Source of the DNA: Paraspadella gotoi
Lineage: Eukaryota > Animalia > Chaetognatha
Reading direction: 5' to 3'
NCBI GenBank assembly: GCA_051294375.1
Contig: CM119265.1
Location: forward strand, 19,333,642 to 19,397,641
Length of the DNA stretch: 64,000 bases
Part shown: positions 1 to 44,400 of the stretch, piece after piece
Layout of the letters: every line of letters begins with the position of its first letter
Position numbering within the stretch: position 1 is the first letter of the stretch
The notes under the pieces: generated by a model
The model's database searches: none
Seen by the model: the letters and a program-made list of their open reading frames with translations, nothing else
Told to the model about the DNA's origin: nothing
Translations under genes and position numbers: made by a program

Positions 1-298
1 ATCTCCAAACTGGAACTCGCTTCGTCGGAGCGTCGAGTCTTCCCGAGCTGTCCGCCGAAGCAGCCCGTCGAATTGGGGTGTCGCGGCGGCGCTGTCGTCC
101 GATGACGCCCGACGGAGAGAAAGTGCGGGTGGCGACGGAGAGCGTCGTCAGGTCCAAAGGCTGAAAGGCGGTGGCGTCGGTCCTGGGTGGAGGCGGATTG
201 CCGAGCGGAGTGCAGAAGTAGTAGAAAGCGAGAATTCGGCCGAAGAGAGGGCCAGACCTATATTTAGCCGTGGGGTGGAATCGTTGAGTCGAATAAAA
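1..298. other. GC-rich coding-like segment; strand and gene unresolved
   Basis: Open on + frame 2 up to a gtaagg donor at 299, and also open on - after an atatag acceptor near 257; no recognisable family; separated from the rest by a gap. Confidence 0.3.
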
Positions 299-539
299 GT
301 AAGGAAAAAAGGAGAAAACAAAAGCTTTAATTTTTCAGGTTAAGGTTTTTGTTCGAACCGTTAAGGGTCCCTTGATAGCTCACGATGAGGCAGCAGCTCA
401 AAACACTAAAACGACCAATCGCAATTTCTTAAAGCGGTGTTTACTTTGTTTGAGGTCGCGATGGAAACGCAGGCTATTGATTCATTAAATTTCTCTCTCT
501 CTCTCTCTCACCGANNNNNNNNNNNNNNNNNNNNNNNNN

Positions 540-566
540 CGCCTTAGACCGCTCGGCCATCCTGAC
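540..566 (-). tRNA. tRNA-Leu 5' fragment truncated by N gap
   Basis: Reverse complement GTCAGGATGGCCGAGCGGTCTAAGGCG; its upstream flank differs from the two complete copies, so it is a separate locus. Confidence 0.75.
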
Positions 567-700
567 CACACAATCCATTTCTTGATATAGTCGATAAAAA
601 TAAAAATTTGACATAAGTCTATTTAATTGTCAAGAGTGGCTCATGTCATTAATAGAGCGTTCCGGAAGAGTGGGTTTTACTGCATAAAAAAAAACTTAAC

Positions 701-783
701 TGTCAGAAGTGGGATTCGAACCCACGCCCACAGTGTGGACTGCGCCCTTAACGCAGCGCCTTAGACCGCTCGGCCATCCTGAC
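701..783 (-). tRNA. trnL-AAG: tRNA-Leu(AAG)
   Basis: GTCAGGATGGCCGAGCGGTCTAAGGCGCTGCG-TTAAGGG-CGCAGTCCACACTGTGGGCGTGGGTTCGAATCCCACTTCTGACA; intact A/B boxes, long variable arm, T-run terminator at 686-694. Confidence 0.95.
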
Positions 784-817
784 ACGACAACTAGCGTCAT
801 TTTCACTGGAATTTCAG

Positions 818-33553
<32,736 letters not shown>

Positions 33554-36131
33554 GTGAGTGAATTACGAGAGAAATAAAGAGACTCGAAACGCTTGCTCAG
33601 TTTCAAGATCGGGCGCCAATGATTGAGTTTCGTTGTAACCACAATGGAACTTGACAAAAGCTTTGATATGGAGATCGTAAATCATAGAAGTATTGTTGTT
33701 GTTGTTATTTTCGCTTCGGTTGACGCGAGTTTAAATTTTCTTCCCTATGCTTCTTGAGCTCTATCTTGTTTACAATTTTCATCAGAAACAGTTTATTGTT
33801 TTCGGTTTAACTTTTGAGATTAAACCTCAACTTAATTTCTCCCTTCCTCTTCTTTCCCGCACTCGCTCAGATTTTTAATCATAATCACAGTTTTATTGAG
33901 ATCGTTTTTCTTTTCGGCTGTCAAGGAAGGCGGAGGCCTAAGTTTTCTCTTCAGTGTCTGTCACCAGAGTCAGTTACCATGGGGTATTCATTAACAAAAA
34001 AAAACAAACAATTTTCTCTAAACTACTGTTAATTTTTGTTAACCTAATTTATTTCAAAAAGTCTGTTTTTTTTTTAACTTTAGATAAGTCAAGGGGTAAG
34101 TTGCGACTTCAACTGGACCTACGAAAAGAAGAAAACCGTCTCCAAATCCATTGGCGTCTCAACGGAATTTCACAAATTCTGACTTGAACAAAACCCTTAA
34201 GATGTCTATTTAATTTTTTTATTTATTTTTCTTTTATCTACAGTATGTTATTATATGCAAACTTTTAGCATGATGTCTGTAGTTGCTTACTTTCTTTAAA
34301 AAGGTATATTCAATCTTTATAAGAAAACAAGAACGATTTTTAAAAAGACAAAGATTTGATATCTAAATAAAAAATATTTTTAGTTATTGGCGTTGGAGGC
34401 TATGTTAACTAATCTCGTAACATAAAGTAACATAAAGAATCTAAAATTAATTTTCTTTCAAAAAATGCGTCGACGCATCCGAATACTTGAAAATAATTTT
34501 TTTTCGCGAAGGTCGAAGCGAGTCATTTGTGGCCAAAGAGGGTTGGCTTATTACGTCGTTACCTTTTCTTGTAACACAATTCGAATGGTCTATGCAAATG
34601 CGAAAATGAGCAAATCGAGTTTTAATGGCGAAAATGAGCGGGACCTTCGTTTTTTTCTCTCCATATTCGACAACGTTTGTTAATTAGTTTTATCGCTTCG
34701 TGTAAGAGCGAAAAGATTGAGCCGTGATGTGATGCGGCTTTGCGTTACGGAGCCAATTCCCATTTTCAATTTTTGAAGTTTTTTTATAACCAAAAAAATG
34801 CTTTTCCTCTCTTGAGTGAATTATCAATAATTTTTCAGTCTTCCCGATTTTCAAAATGGTGAAACGATTTTAATCAACTTTTTATGGCTTCTCTTCCTGG
34901 TCCGCGTTTTTTTTCCCCCCTTTTTTTTTTTGCACGTTTATAAATAATCTTCCTGGTTCAATCTGTTTTTCAAATGTCAAAAATTTATATCTGACAACTC
35001 GTTCGCCTTTCCTCATTATTTTCTGTTCAACATCGTGTCGAACCCGGGTTTTTTCCTCGACTTCATTTTCATAGCCCATATTTTTTTTTCGCGTTTTTTT
35101 TATATCTTAATGCCTTTTTTTTCAGGGAAGAGGCGCGAGGCCTTTTTTTTCGCTTTGTTGAAATTTTCTCTCTTTTTTAGATATGGTAGCTGAGTTTAAC
35201 ATTTGGAAAAGATGTATGTTTTTCATTTTCAATATTTATATTTTAATTTATATGAAATATATTGGATTATCTTACTTTGTTTCTTTTTTTTTTAATTTGA
35301 GTTTCATTAAGCATAACAGGTTGAAAAATAGGATTTTTTTTTGAGAGGAATTTTAAATGTTAATTTTAATTGGAGCTGTAGTAATATTTTAAGTCAGATA
35401 GCTCCATTTTATCTTGTTAAATTACAGCTAGCTAAAAAGCTAAAATAACACACGATGAGACAAAAAATTCTCAAATCTTTCTTCAGGATTCGGATGAATG
35501 AATTAAAATTTTATCCGACTTCACCATTTTATATTATTGCCTATTAAACTTGAAACTTAAAATAAAATAGTAAAATATTCACGTCGCACAAAAATATGAA
35601 TACAAAAGAAAATGAGAGGAACAGGCAATATAACATACTTGGTTTAGCTTAGTAACGTCACATGTAACAACGTATAAGCGATAAATTCAACAAGTATTCG
35701 ATACATCAAATCTGTGTGAAGGAGGGGGGGGGGGCGAGGGGATTAAGAGAAAGGGAGAGAGACGAACAAGAGTGAGGCAAAATACCGAGAATAAGAGACA
35801 CATCTCGGCCCAAAAAAAAATATATATTTTTGTTTCCTAGATGAGAACTTTAATTATCACAACTAACTCCAAGTGAATATTGACAATATTGTAATGACAA
35901 GAAAGAAGGAGAATCCGAAAAAGCTTTTACGTAGATTAAAAGGGTCATTTTTAAGTTGAAAAGAGTTTTTAGAGGCTCTCTCGAAAATAACTCTAAATAT
36001 AGAAGCCAATTTAAATTTTAAAAAAACATCTTCGCTCTCGTAAAACCTTTTTTTTTTAATTCAGAGATTTTTTTTTCTTCCCGTTTATTATCAAATTAAA
36101 TTGCGCATTTGTTTGTTTTTTTTTCGGTCCG

Positions 36132-38439
36132 TCACAGATGCGTCTCTTGCGCGTCGCCGACGACGGCGTCGCGATCGACGACGACGAGCTTCGCCTTCTC
36201 GCCATTGGAGGCGTGGGCTGCGCCGTTTTTGCCGTCGATTCCGGCGTCGTTTTTATCGGCGTTCGCCTTGTCGTCGGCGAATTTGTTTTTCGTCGGCGCT
36301 ATCGTCGTCGTCGTCGGCGCTGAGCGAATGGTCGTCGCGGGAACCAGATTCGTGTCTGCGGGGAAGAAAAAAAAAGATGGGCTTTACTTGTTGTCGTTGT
36401 TGTTATTGCTATTGTTTATCCTTGCCTCGGCTTGGGTTTTTTTTTGTCTTAAGAGGGAAAAAAAATCATAATGATCCGGAACAACAAGATTCCTACGAAA
36501 ATTGGAATTGTTCCGTCGGGAATTTTTAACTCCGTCTCGTTCTGAGAGAAGAAGAGGAAAGGAAAGAAGAAAAAAAAACCGAAAAAGAAAAAAGAAACCA
36601 ATTTTCCTTCGGAATCGTCGACGGCGAAAAAGCGGAAAAAAATGTGGGGGAAATTTTTTTCCGCTTCTTGTGTCGATGTTTTTACCGCAAAGGATTTCCG
36701 CTTTTTTTGTGTGTGGGGGGGCGAGAGGGGGGGCGGTTATCGTTTCCCTCATCACCAACTCTTTTGCTCTTGCCATTTTCGCTCCGTGACTCAACGACAA
36801 AAGGTGCAAGCGTGAATTTGGCAAGAAAAAATGGCGACGTTGGTTTCTTCGAAGTAACGATCCTCCAAGGATAAAGCGTCTAGTGTGGTCGCCAGGCATG
36901 CAACCTCAGTTAAAAATTATTTTAAACGGTTAAAGGGTTATAAATGGTTAATTTTTGTTTTCTTTAACAATGAAAGCGCCGTGAACTCGTGCCGCGACAA
37001 GATTAATGAAATGCATACATACCGAACCACACCCACTCAAGGCTTTATGCAAATTTTGCCACGCCTCCTTATCCTTGAATCCTTGAATCCTGCCGACCAC
37101 GCCTATCCCCCCCCCTTTTTCTTCTCCACTCGCTCAGAAATCGCTCGAGCGACGACACGCCCCACAAAATCTTCAAAGAAAGGAGTCGACCCCTCTTTCC
37201 CTTTTTTTTATACCCGCTGGGTGGTTTTACTAAACCTGGACCTTTTGTTTCGATTCGTCAAGACGTGATTTTTTACAACAAATCGGCCCAGCTTTTTTCG
37301 ACCAAATGAAAAAGATAAAAGAAACAAGAGATTCCAAAGTGTGTTGCGCCGCAGCGACTTTATTTTCACATGTATTTCCGTACGTGTTCCGCACGCACTG
37401 CATCGGAATTTGTCATTTATTTGTATACGATTTCTCTAAAAACAAAAAGTGGCGCTAGCAGTCGCTTAGATTCAAAGTTCGCCAAAAATTAAAAATATAG
37501 ATACCAAATATGAACGGCATTGAATTTTGGGTCCTATGATTACATTATCACGTGACTTTACAAGTATGATACATATGCACTATAAAGGAATTATGGTGCC
37601 TAACCGTGCTATCAAGTTATTACTATTTTCAATGTAAGTGGGACAGACCGACAGATAGACAGACCGACCGACCGAAACGTGACAAGTAAAAGAGAAAGAA
37701 AGAGAAAGAGAGTTTTTTCGAGGCTGAAACATATTGTATCGGTTGTACCCATTTCATATTAAAAACCAAAAAAAATAATATCTAAGCCGTACTTACTCTC
37801 TCTTTTGATGCCGCAAAGAGCGTTGAAGCTTTTCCAAAAGTTGTTATTGAAGATGTAGCAGGGGAAGAAGTTGGCGCTGGAGTTTATGATGAGCAGGAAG
37901 ATGCAGATCTTGTAGTAGATGACGAATCGATAATCCACTGTTACGAGATTGACGAAAAAATATACTTGGCAGAGACACATAGTAATAATAATAATAATAA
38001 TAGTAATAATAATCCCTTTCGCTAACACTTCTCACTCCTCCTCCTCGAACCGCCGCTCTCGTCAAAACGGTATTAATCACTCGGTCTCCAAGGACCCGTG
38101 TTCGCGCCTCGGCTTTGACAGGGAACGAGTCGAATATATAGACGCGTTCGAATCGCCGGGGAATTTTACTGTTTAGCGTTTGTTGATTCGAAAAAAATTT
38201 GCCGTTGGCAGTTGTGTTTGACAAATAATAAAAAAATAATAGTTTTTTTTTTTATTCTTAACAAAAATATTGTGGAAAACACTGACACGGAGTCTACATA
38301 TTAACTATGCATCACACAGATTTTGAAAATAGTACGTTCAGTTGTTTTTTTTTGTATTTTTGTTTTTGTTTTTTTACATTGATTATTTCTTTAATTGAAA
38401 TGCACAGATTAATAATTTTAATTTATTTTATCGTCATCC

Positions 38440-38484
<45 letters not shown>

Positions 38485-41400
38485 CTTACCAAGTCTATCC
38501 ACAATTTCTAGGGCATTGAATATCGAGATGATGGAGTCGGTGACCATGATGGGTATGCGGCAGATGATGAAGATGAAGACGACGGTCAAACAGGCGCGCG
38601 TCACGTTTCGTTGAGCTCTGAAAGGAAGACGGGGAGGGGGGGGAGGGTCGGGGGGAGATTCGGTCAGGCGACGGAAAAAGAAGAGATTCGAAAAGTTTGG
38701 ACGAGTCGACGGCGGAGTTCGATGAAGTTTAAGTTGGGGGTGAAAGAACTATTAATTAAAGAAGGCTTTGTTTACGACTTAAAAAAATAAATTTAAAATT
38801 ATTAGTTGTTTTAAGTAGAAATATAAAAATTAAAGTTTTTCTATTTCTAAACAGTGAGTTTTGACTTTCAGAACAGGTTCGTGAAACTTTTTGTAAATGG
38901 TTTATTTCGAATTTTTTTTTAGACGATTCGTAAATAAAAAAAAAACGGAAGACAAAGTTTTGATGTCAATTTCTTCAATTTGTCGTTGTTGTTGTTGTTG
39001 CCCTCAGGTTGCCCCCAGGTCCAAAAAGCAAGAGCAACCATTTGACCACAGTGAAAAGGAACCGACATTATCCGCCCTCGACGCCGGCACCGTAAATTAC
39101 GACATTGAGCGGACAATGAGAAAAGAGGAAATTAAGAAGAAGGAGGTCATGAAGCACATTGGCATTGAGCGAGGAAAGGGAGTCATCCAGGACCGGATGT
39201 ACGACCGTTCAATGATTTTGTTCCGCGGGTCTGTTTCCCGCTCGTTCGTTTTCTCGTTTCCGGGCGATTAAACGGAGCGGCGACCTACTTCATCAGTCGC
39301 TCGCCAAACCGTCCTGCGCCGCCGCCCGCCCCGCTGCCGGAAGCCAGCTTGCCCGCGGAGTTAGTATCGCTCAAACGAGGTGACGCGTTGATTAGTCGGT
39401 GGAAACGGGCGCGCGAGCGACAACGCCGACCATCGCAAGCGAACTAATTCATTTTGTAATGAATTATTCGCTTTTCTCGCTTTTCCCCTACTTGGCATTC
39501 CTTTACAGCGTTAGAGAAAATTGTTTATAGAAAAGCTATTATTTCATATAGCGTAATGCTCAGGATGCAAAAATCAAAATTTGGCCAATATGTATAATTG
39601 TATATTAAGTTAAAAATATCTAAACAATGAGATTCCGGCCTTTGATCCCCTTTTTATCGTTTTGTATTAACTCGAAATAACTGCTGTTCTTTCACGAATG
39701 TCTCAAAGTCTTAAATACTTAAAGAAAATAAAAACACACATCACAAATAACAACGACGACGAGCAAATAAAACAAGAGAACGTCAGTCGGACGTCACTTC
39801 ATGGAACGACCGATAGAGATCGGAAACGAATAAAAAAGCGCCACCGCGCAAAACCAAATAAAACAAATAAAAAAAAGGGAATAAAATACGCTTCCAAAAA
39901 AAAAAAAAACGAAGAGAGAAGCGAAGCCAAATAAAAGAGTCGTAAATTGAAAAGAAAAAGAGTTTTATTGCTTTTCTCCGCCTTCGCGCTTCTGCCAAGG
40001 TGCCAGGTGAAGAATTATCGTCCAGATAGTAAATAGAGAGAGGAAAAGAAACAGTCACTAATTTGTGTTTACCAAGGCTAAGATTAAATAGGAGAGGACA
40101 AGGCTTCCGTTCTTTTTCTTTTTTTTTTCATGAGAATGCTAGTTTCGGTATTTGGCGCGGAATTTGAAAATACACACATTTGAAAACTTACTCTGCCCTC
40201 CGGTCCTGACTGTTTTTCGAGGTGACGATGGAGGCGGCGGATCTGAGCGAAAGGACGATCTTCGCGTTGAGGATGTTGAGCAACAGCATCGTTACGAGGT
40301 ACTTCAAAGTCAACTCCAGCAAGATGGTGTAACCCCAGATGTACAAGGGGGTGTCCTCGAATCCTGGATGTCGAAGAAAATAGTTTTGTAAGCGTTTTTA
40401 TTCGAATACAACAATTCGACTGACCTTTGTTCGGAGCCGGCGCGTAATTCCAACCAACTTTGACGATTCGCGCTTCTCTCACTTGCCACAAAGACATAAA
40501 TGAAGCGCCGCGAATCTGAGGGACAGAGAATTCGAATTATTTTTCATGCGTCGACTCGAACCGAGAAGACGCTCCGTTTATTAGTTAAACTATTTAAACT
40601 AAATTAAAGGTAGAGAGTAGGTGTTAGGGTGTAAGATTTTGGAGGTTAAGGTTTAATGATGCCAGTTGGGGGTTAGAATCAGGGCTAATGAGATTAACGT
40701 GGGGATTAAAAATTCAATTTAAAAATACATTTAAAAAAAAAACAATTGTTTAAAGATAATATACATCCAAGATTGAATTTAATTTTTGGCTCCAAATCTG
40801 AGGCATCCTTTCGCTCTTCTTCAGATCAAAGACATAATTCGTTTTCAGACGCGCTTAGAATAAGTCTACACCACGGGCTTGGGGTGGAAAAAAAAGAAAA
40901 GAAAAGGCCGAATTTCCAATAACCAAACAGGCAAACCACGCACCATGGAATTATCTTGAAGGGTCATCATTCGGGTCACTTCATCCTCTTCCTCCAACTC
41001 CTCTCTCTCTATCTCTTTCTGTCTTTCTTTCTCTATCTCTTTCCGTCTCTCTTTCTCTCCCCATTTCTCTATCTCTCACCTCGAAGAATCTGGGCGCAGT
41101 GTAGACGGAGCAGACGATTGCGATGAGGATGTGAATTTTAATCGTTTGAGCCACAGAGGAAAAGCGGACGAACAGGGCCGGCCTTTCGGTGAGGAAAGGG
41201 AGGGTGAGGTCGGGTAAGGAAGGACGGAGTTAGGGAGAAAAATAGTAAGTTAGGGTTTTGACGTGAGTTGCGGTAAAGTAAAGAGAATTACCTGCACACC
41301 GCCACGTATCTTTCGATGCAGAGATACACGGTGATCCAAATGTTGTATATTTGATTGGCGTGATAAATGTAATAGGTGATTCTCAGTCCGTGCTGGTAAA

Positions 41401-44400
41401 ACGGCCAGAAAAATTCCATGTTGTAGTAAGAGACTAGAAAGAAAGAAAAGTCATTTTAGAATTTTAAACGTTTATGCCAGGTACATAGTTTTCAAAAAAA
41501 TTTTCTAAATCATTTTTCAATTCTGTGAGAATATTTTGTCAAGTAAATGCAGATTAAAAGAACGAGTCTCTTTTTTTTAAATCTGTCTTGAAACCTTAAA
41601 CGTTCTCAAATCGAAAATGGGATTTAAAGAAATGATATCAAGTCAAAATCTCCTTTCGAAAAAAAAAAATACCTAACACGAAAAAAAGCCATTGACTCAC
41701 TCTCCACCTCTCACCCTTCTTCACTATTCACACTCTCTCTGCCTTACCCACCATCTCACCCATTCTCCCTCCAATCTCCACTTTTCCACTCTGATCCCCT
41801 TTTTTCCCCTTCACTCCCACCCACTCTCACCGATTTCGTTGACCGTCATGAGCAGATTTAATGAGATGAGGAAGAGGATGTCCGTGGTAGCGAGAGTCAT
41901 GAGATTAATGTTCGAACTCAGCTGCGGATTCTGTTTCCACAGCACGACCACCACCAGGGTGTTGCCGACGAGGCCTGTCGAAAGAAAATCCGATATATAT
42001 AACTCGGGAGGTAGTTTTTTTTTAATTTCTTTGCCGGTTTTATATAATTTTTTTTTTTTTTATCGGTTTTGTTTATATCGGATGAACTTCTGAACATAAA
42101 AATCCGACCGAATCTCGGTTCGCCTTTCAACGAAGTTAAAACGAGAGGCGGTTCTAGAAGGAATTTCCTTTCCGCGGCGGATTTTGACGATTCGCCACCT
42201 ATGACATTACTTTCCGAGGTCCAATTACCATTTGAAAGCGATATTTACTAGCGAGCAGGGAGACTCACCCTCGGTCAATAACTAATCGAATAATAACTAA
42301 TCAAAACCCAATTATCAAATCAAAAGGATTCACTACATAAAATCCCAATTACCTAACCAAAAGGGAAGTTCATCACCAGGTCAAAAAGGAAAGTCTCCCA
42401 AGCCCGATCTCCAAATCTCAATTACTTACCCAAAGGAGGAGACTTACCAAAGGCAGAGATCACGAGACCCACGAAGGCGAAGAGACATGAGTAGAACCAT
42501 AGCGTCGTGGACACCAAGTCTAGGGGGAAGATATCGGGGGACAATGAGCCGTTGACGACCAGATCCGGGCAGCTGTCGTCCAACCTGTAATGGAGAATGG
42601 TGACTGGTTTGGTCCGCAGCCAATCTAACCAACTTACTGCTCGCTCCTGCCAAACCGGGTAAAAATTTTCCCAAAAAGGCCCGATGGCCCCGATGCTAAA
42701 AGCCACTTCCGTCTTTCTCATTAAACGCGTTCATTAGTCATAACTTTCCCAATTTTCTCTCCCCTTTCTTTTCTCAGAGTGCGATTAACTTTGAAAGGCG
42801 CCAAAATTTAAACCGCAGGAGTTGAAAAGATTTCGTTCGAATGAGACCATAAAAAAGAAAACCTGATGTAAAGAAATGGAGAAGAAAGTGGAAAAGAGGA
42901 GCTGTGGAAAAAAAAACGGCTCAAGAGGAGAAAAAAAGAATTATGAAAATAGAGAGTAAAATCATAAAAAAAAGTTTTAGAGTAAAAGGATAGAGAACGA
43001 CGACAGTTGTGAGGATAAAAAGCAAAAAATGAAATTAAGAAGAATTAAAAACAAAAACAAAATGGCAAGCCTTCTCGTTATCGACAGAAAAACAGAAAAA
43101 TCGGAGATGAAAGAACGTGTTATGGCAACAGCCGGGTTGCCTGTGATGCCCATTGGGATGGGGCATCTCACTGTTGGCTTTGGGGGCTTCCGACCCTCAG
43201 TGACGCCTCCAGTCACTGGCGCGGTTACCCTAGGACGGTCTCGCTTTGCCAACGCAGAGGGAAGTCGTTAGGACTGTGGATGGAACACTACGCCTGGGAT
43301 GGTGTGTTCCCCCTCTGAGCCAATGGATTTGGCTGACGGATGGTGGACATGAGGCGGTGTGAATATACCGCCACAGGATCCCCGGGCCAAGACATCACTC
43401 AGGTTCCACAAGCCTGAGAGGTGTCTGACAAGACTGTTACCATAGTGGGAGAGAGAGAGAGAGAGAGCGCGAGTTGTGGGGGCATAGGCGTTTGTCGTAG
43501 CGTACCCCAGGGGCATAGGCATTTGTCGTAGCGTACCCAAAGTCGGCAGGGCATAGGCGTTTTTGTCGTAGCGTACCCTAAGAAGTTTGCTTGTTCGATA
43601 GTAGGGCTCACCACTTATGGCAACAGCCGGGTTGCCTGTGATGCCCATTGGGATGGGGCATCTCACTGTTGGCTTTGGGGGCTTCCGACCCTCAGTGACA
43701 CCTCCAGTCACTGGCGCGGTTACCCTAGGACGGTCTCGCTTTGCCAACGCAGAGGGAAGTCGTTAGGACTGTGGATGGAACACTACGCCTGGGATGGTGT
43801 GTTCCCCCTCTGAGCCAATGGATTTGGCTGACGGATGGTGGACGTGAGGCGGTGTTAATATACCGCCACAGTGTATATTTTTTTTTGTTTCGGCCGCGTC
43901 GAGGAGAAGCCAGACACATGGCGACAAATGTTTTGCTCCCTCTTTCATATTTCTTTTTTCAATTTCTCAAAGTCCCGCTTTAATCTAGCAGTGACGAAAA
44001 AGTCAAAGTTTTCTCCATTGGCTCAGAACGGTGAAGCACTTGTTGGGAGGATTGCGGGTCGGTTAGGCAGAACTAATGTACAGACATCAAGGAAATTACG
44101 TGAAACGTTGAGTTGATCAAAGTTCAATCGGTTCGAATTTTTCGCGGAATGGGAAAAGTTATTTTCTCTTTTGAGGGAATTGAAAGTCTGCAAATTACTT
44201 CTTAGTTTAACATTTAAAAACCTCGAACTACTTTTCGAAAATTGTCCTGATTTAAAAACTTATTTATCTTAATATTTTTTTCGTAAAATTAGGAGTACAG
44301 AAGTATCAACTGGAAATTAACGATAATAACGACTATAAAAAGAACAACGTCAACATCGTCTCGACTATTACTGACCATCGAAGCAGCACTTCTCCTCTGG

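Noticed and set aside
1-257. Minus-strand frame with PLDLT and ..VPVWR suggesting a Hairy/HES C-terminus
   Set aside because: The codon after WR starts with T, so it is not WRPW; no bHLH evidence in the window
39199-39450. GC-rich block with CTGATGA on the minus strand as a hammerhead ribozyme or C/D snoRNA
   Set aside because: No closing stem II before any GAAA; the motif sits in a simple GCGAC/GTCGC hairpin; no matching D box or terminal stem
43480-43578. Three ~28-bp repeats as a CRISPR array
   Set aside because: Spacers of only 3-10 nt, eukaryotic context, no cas genes
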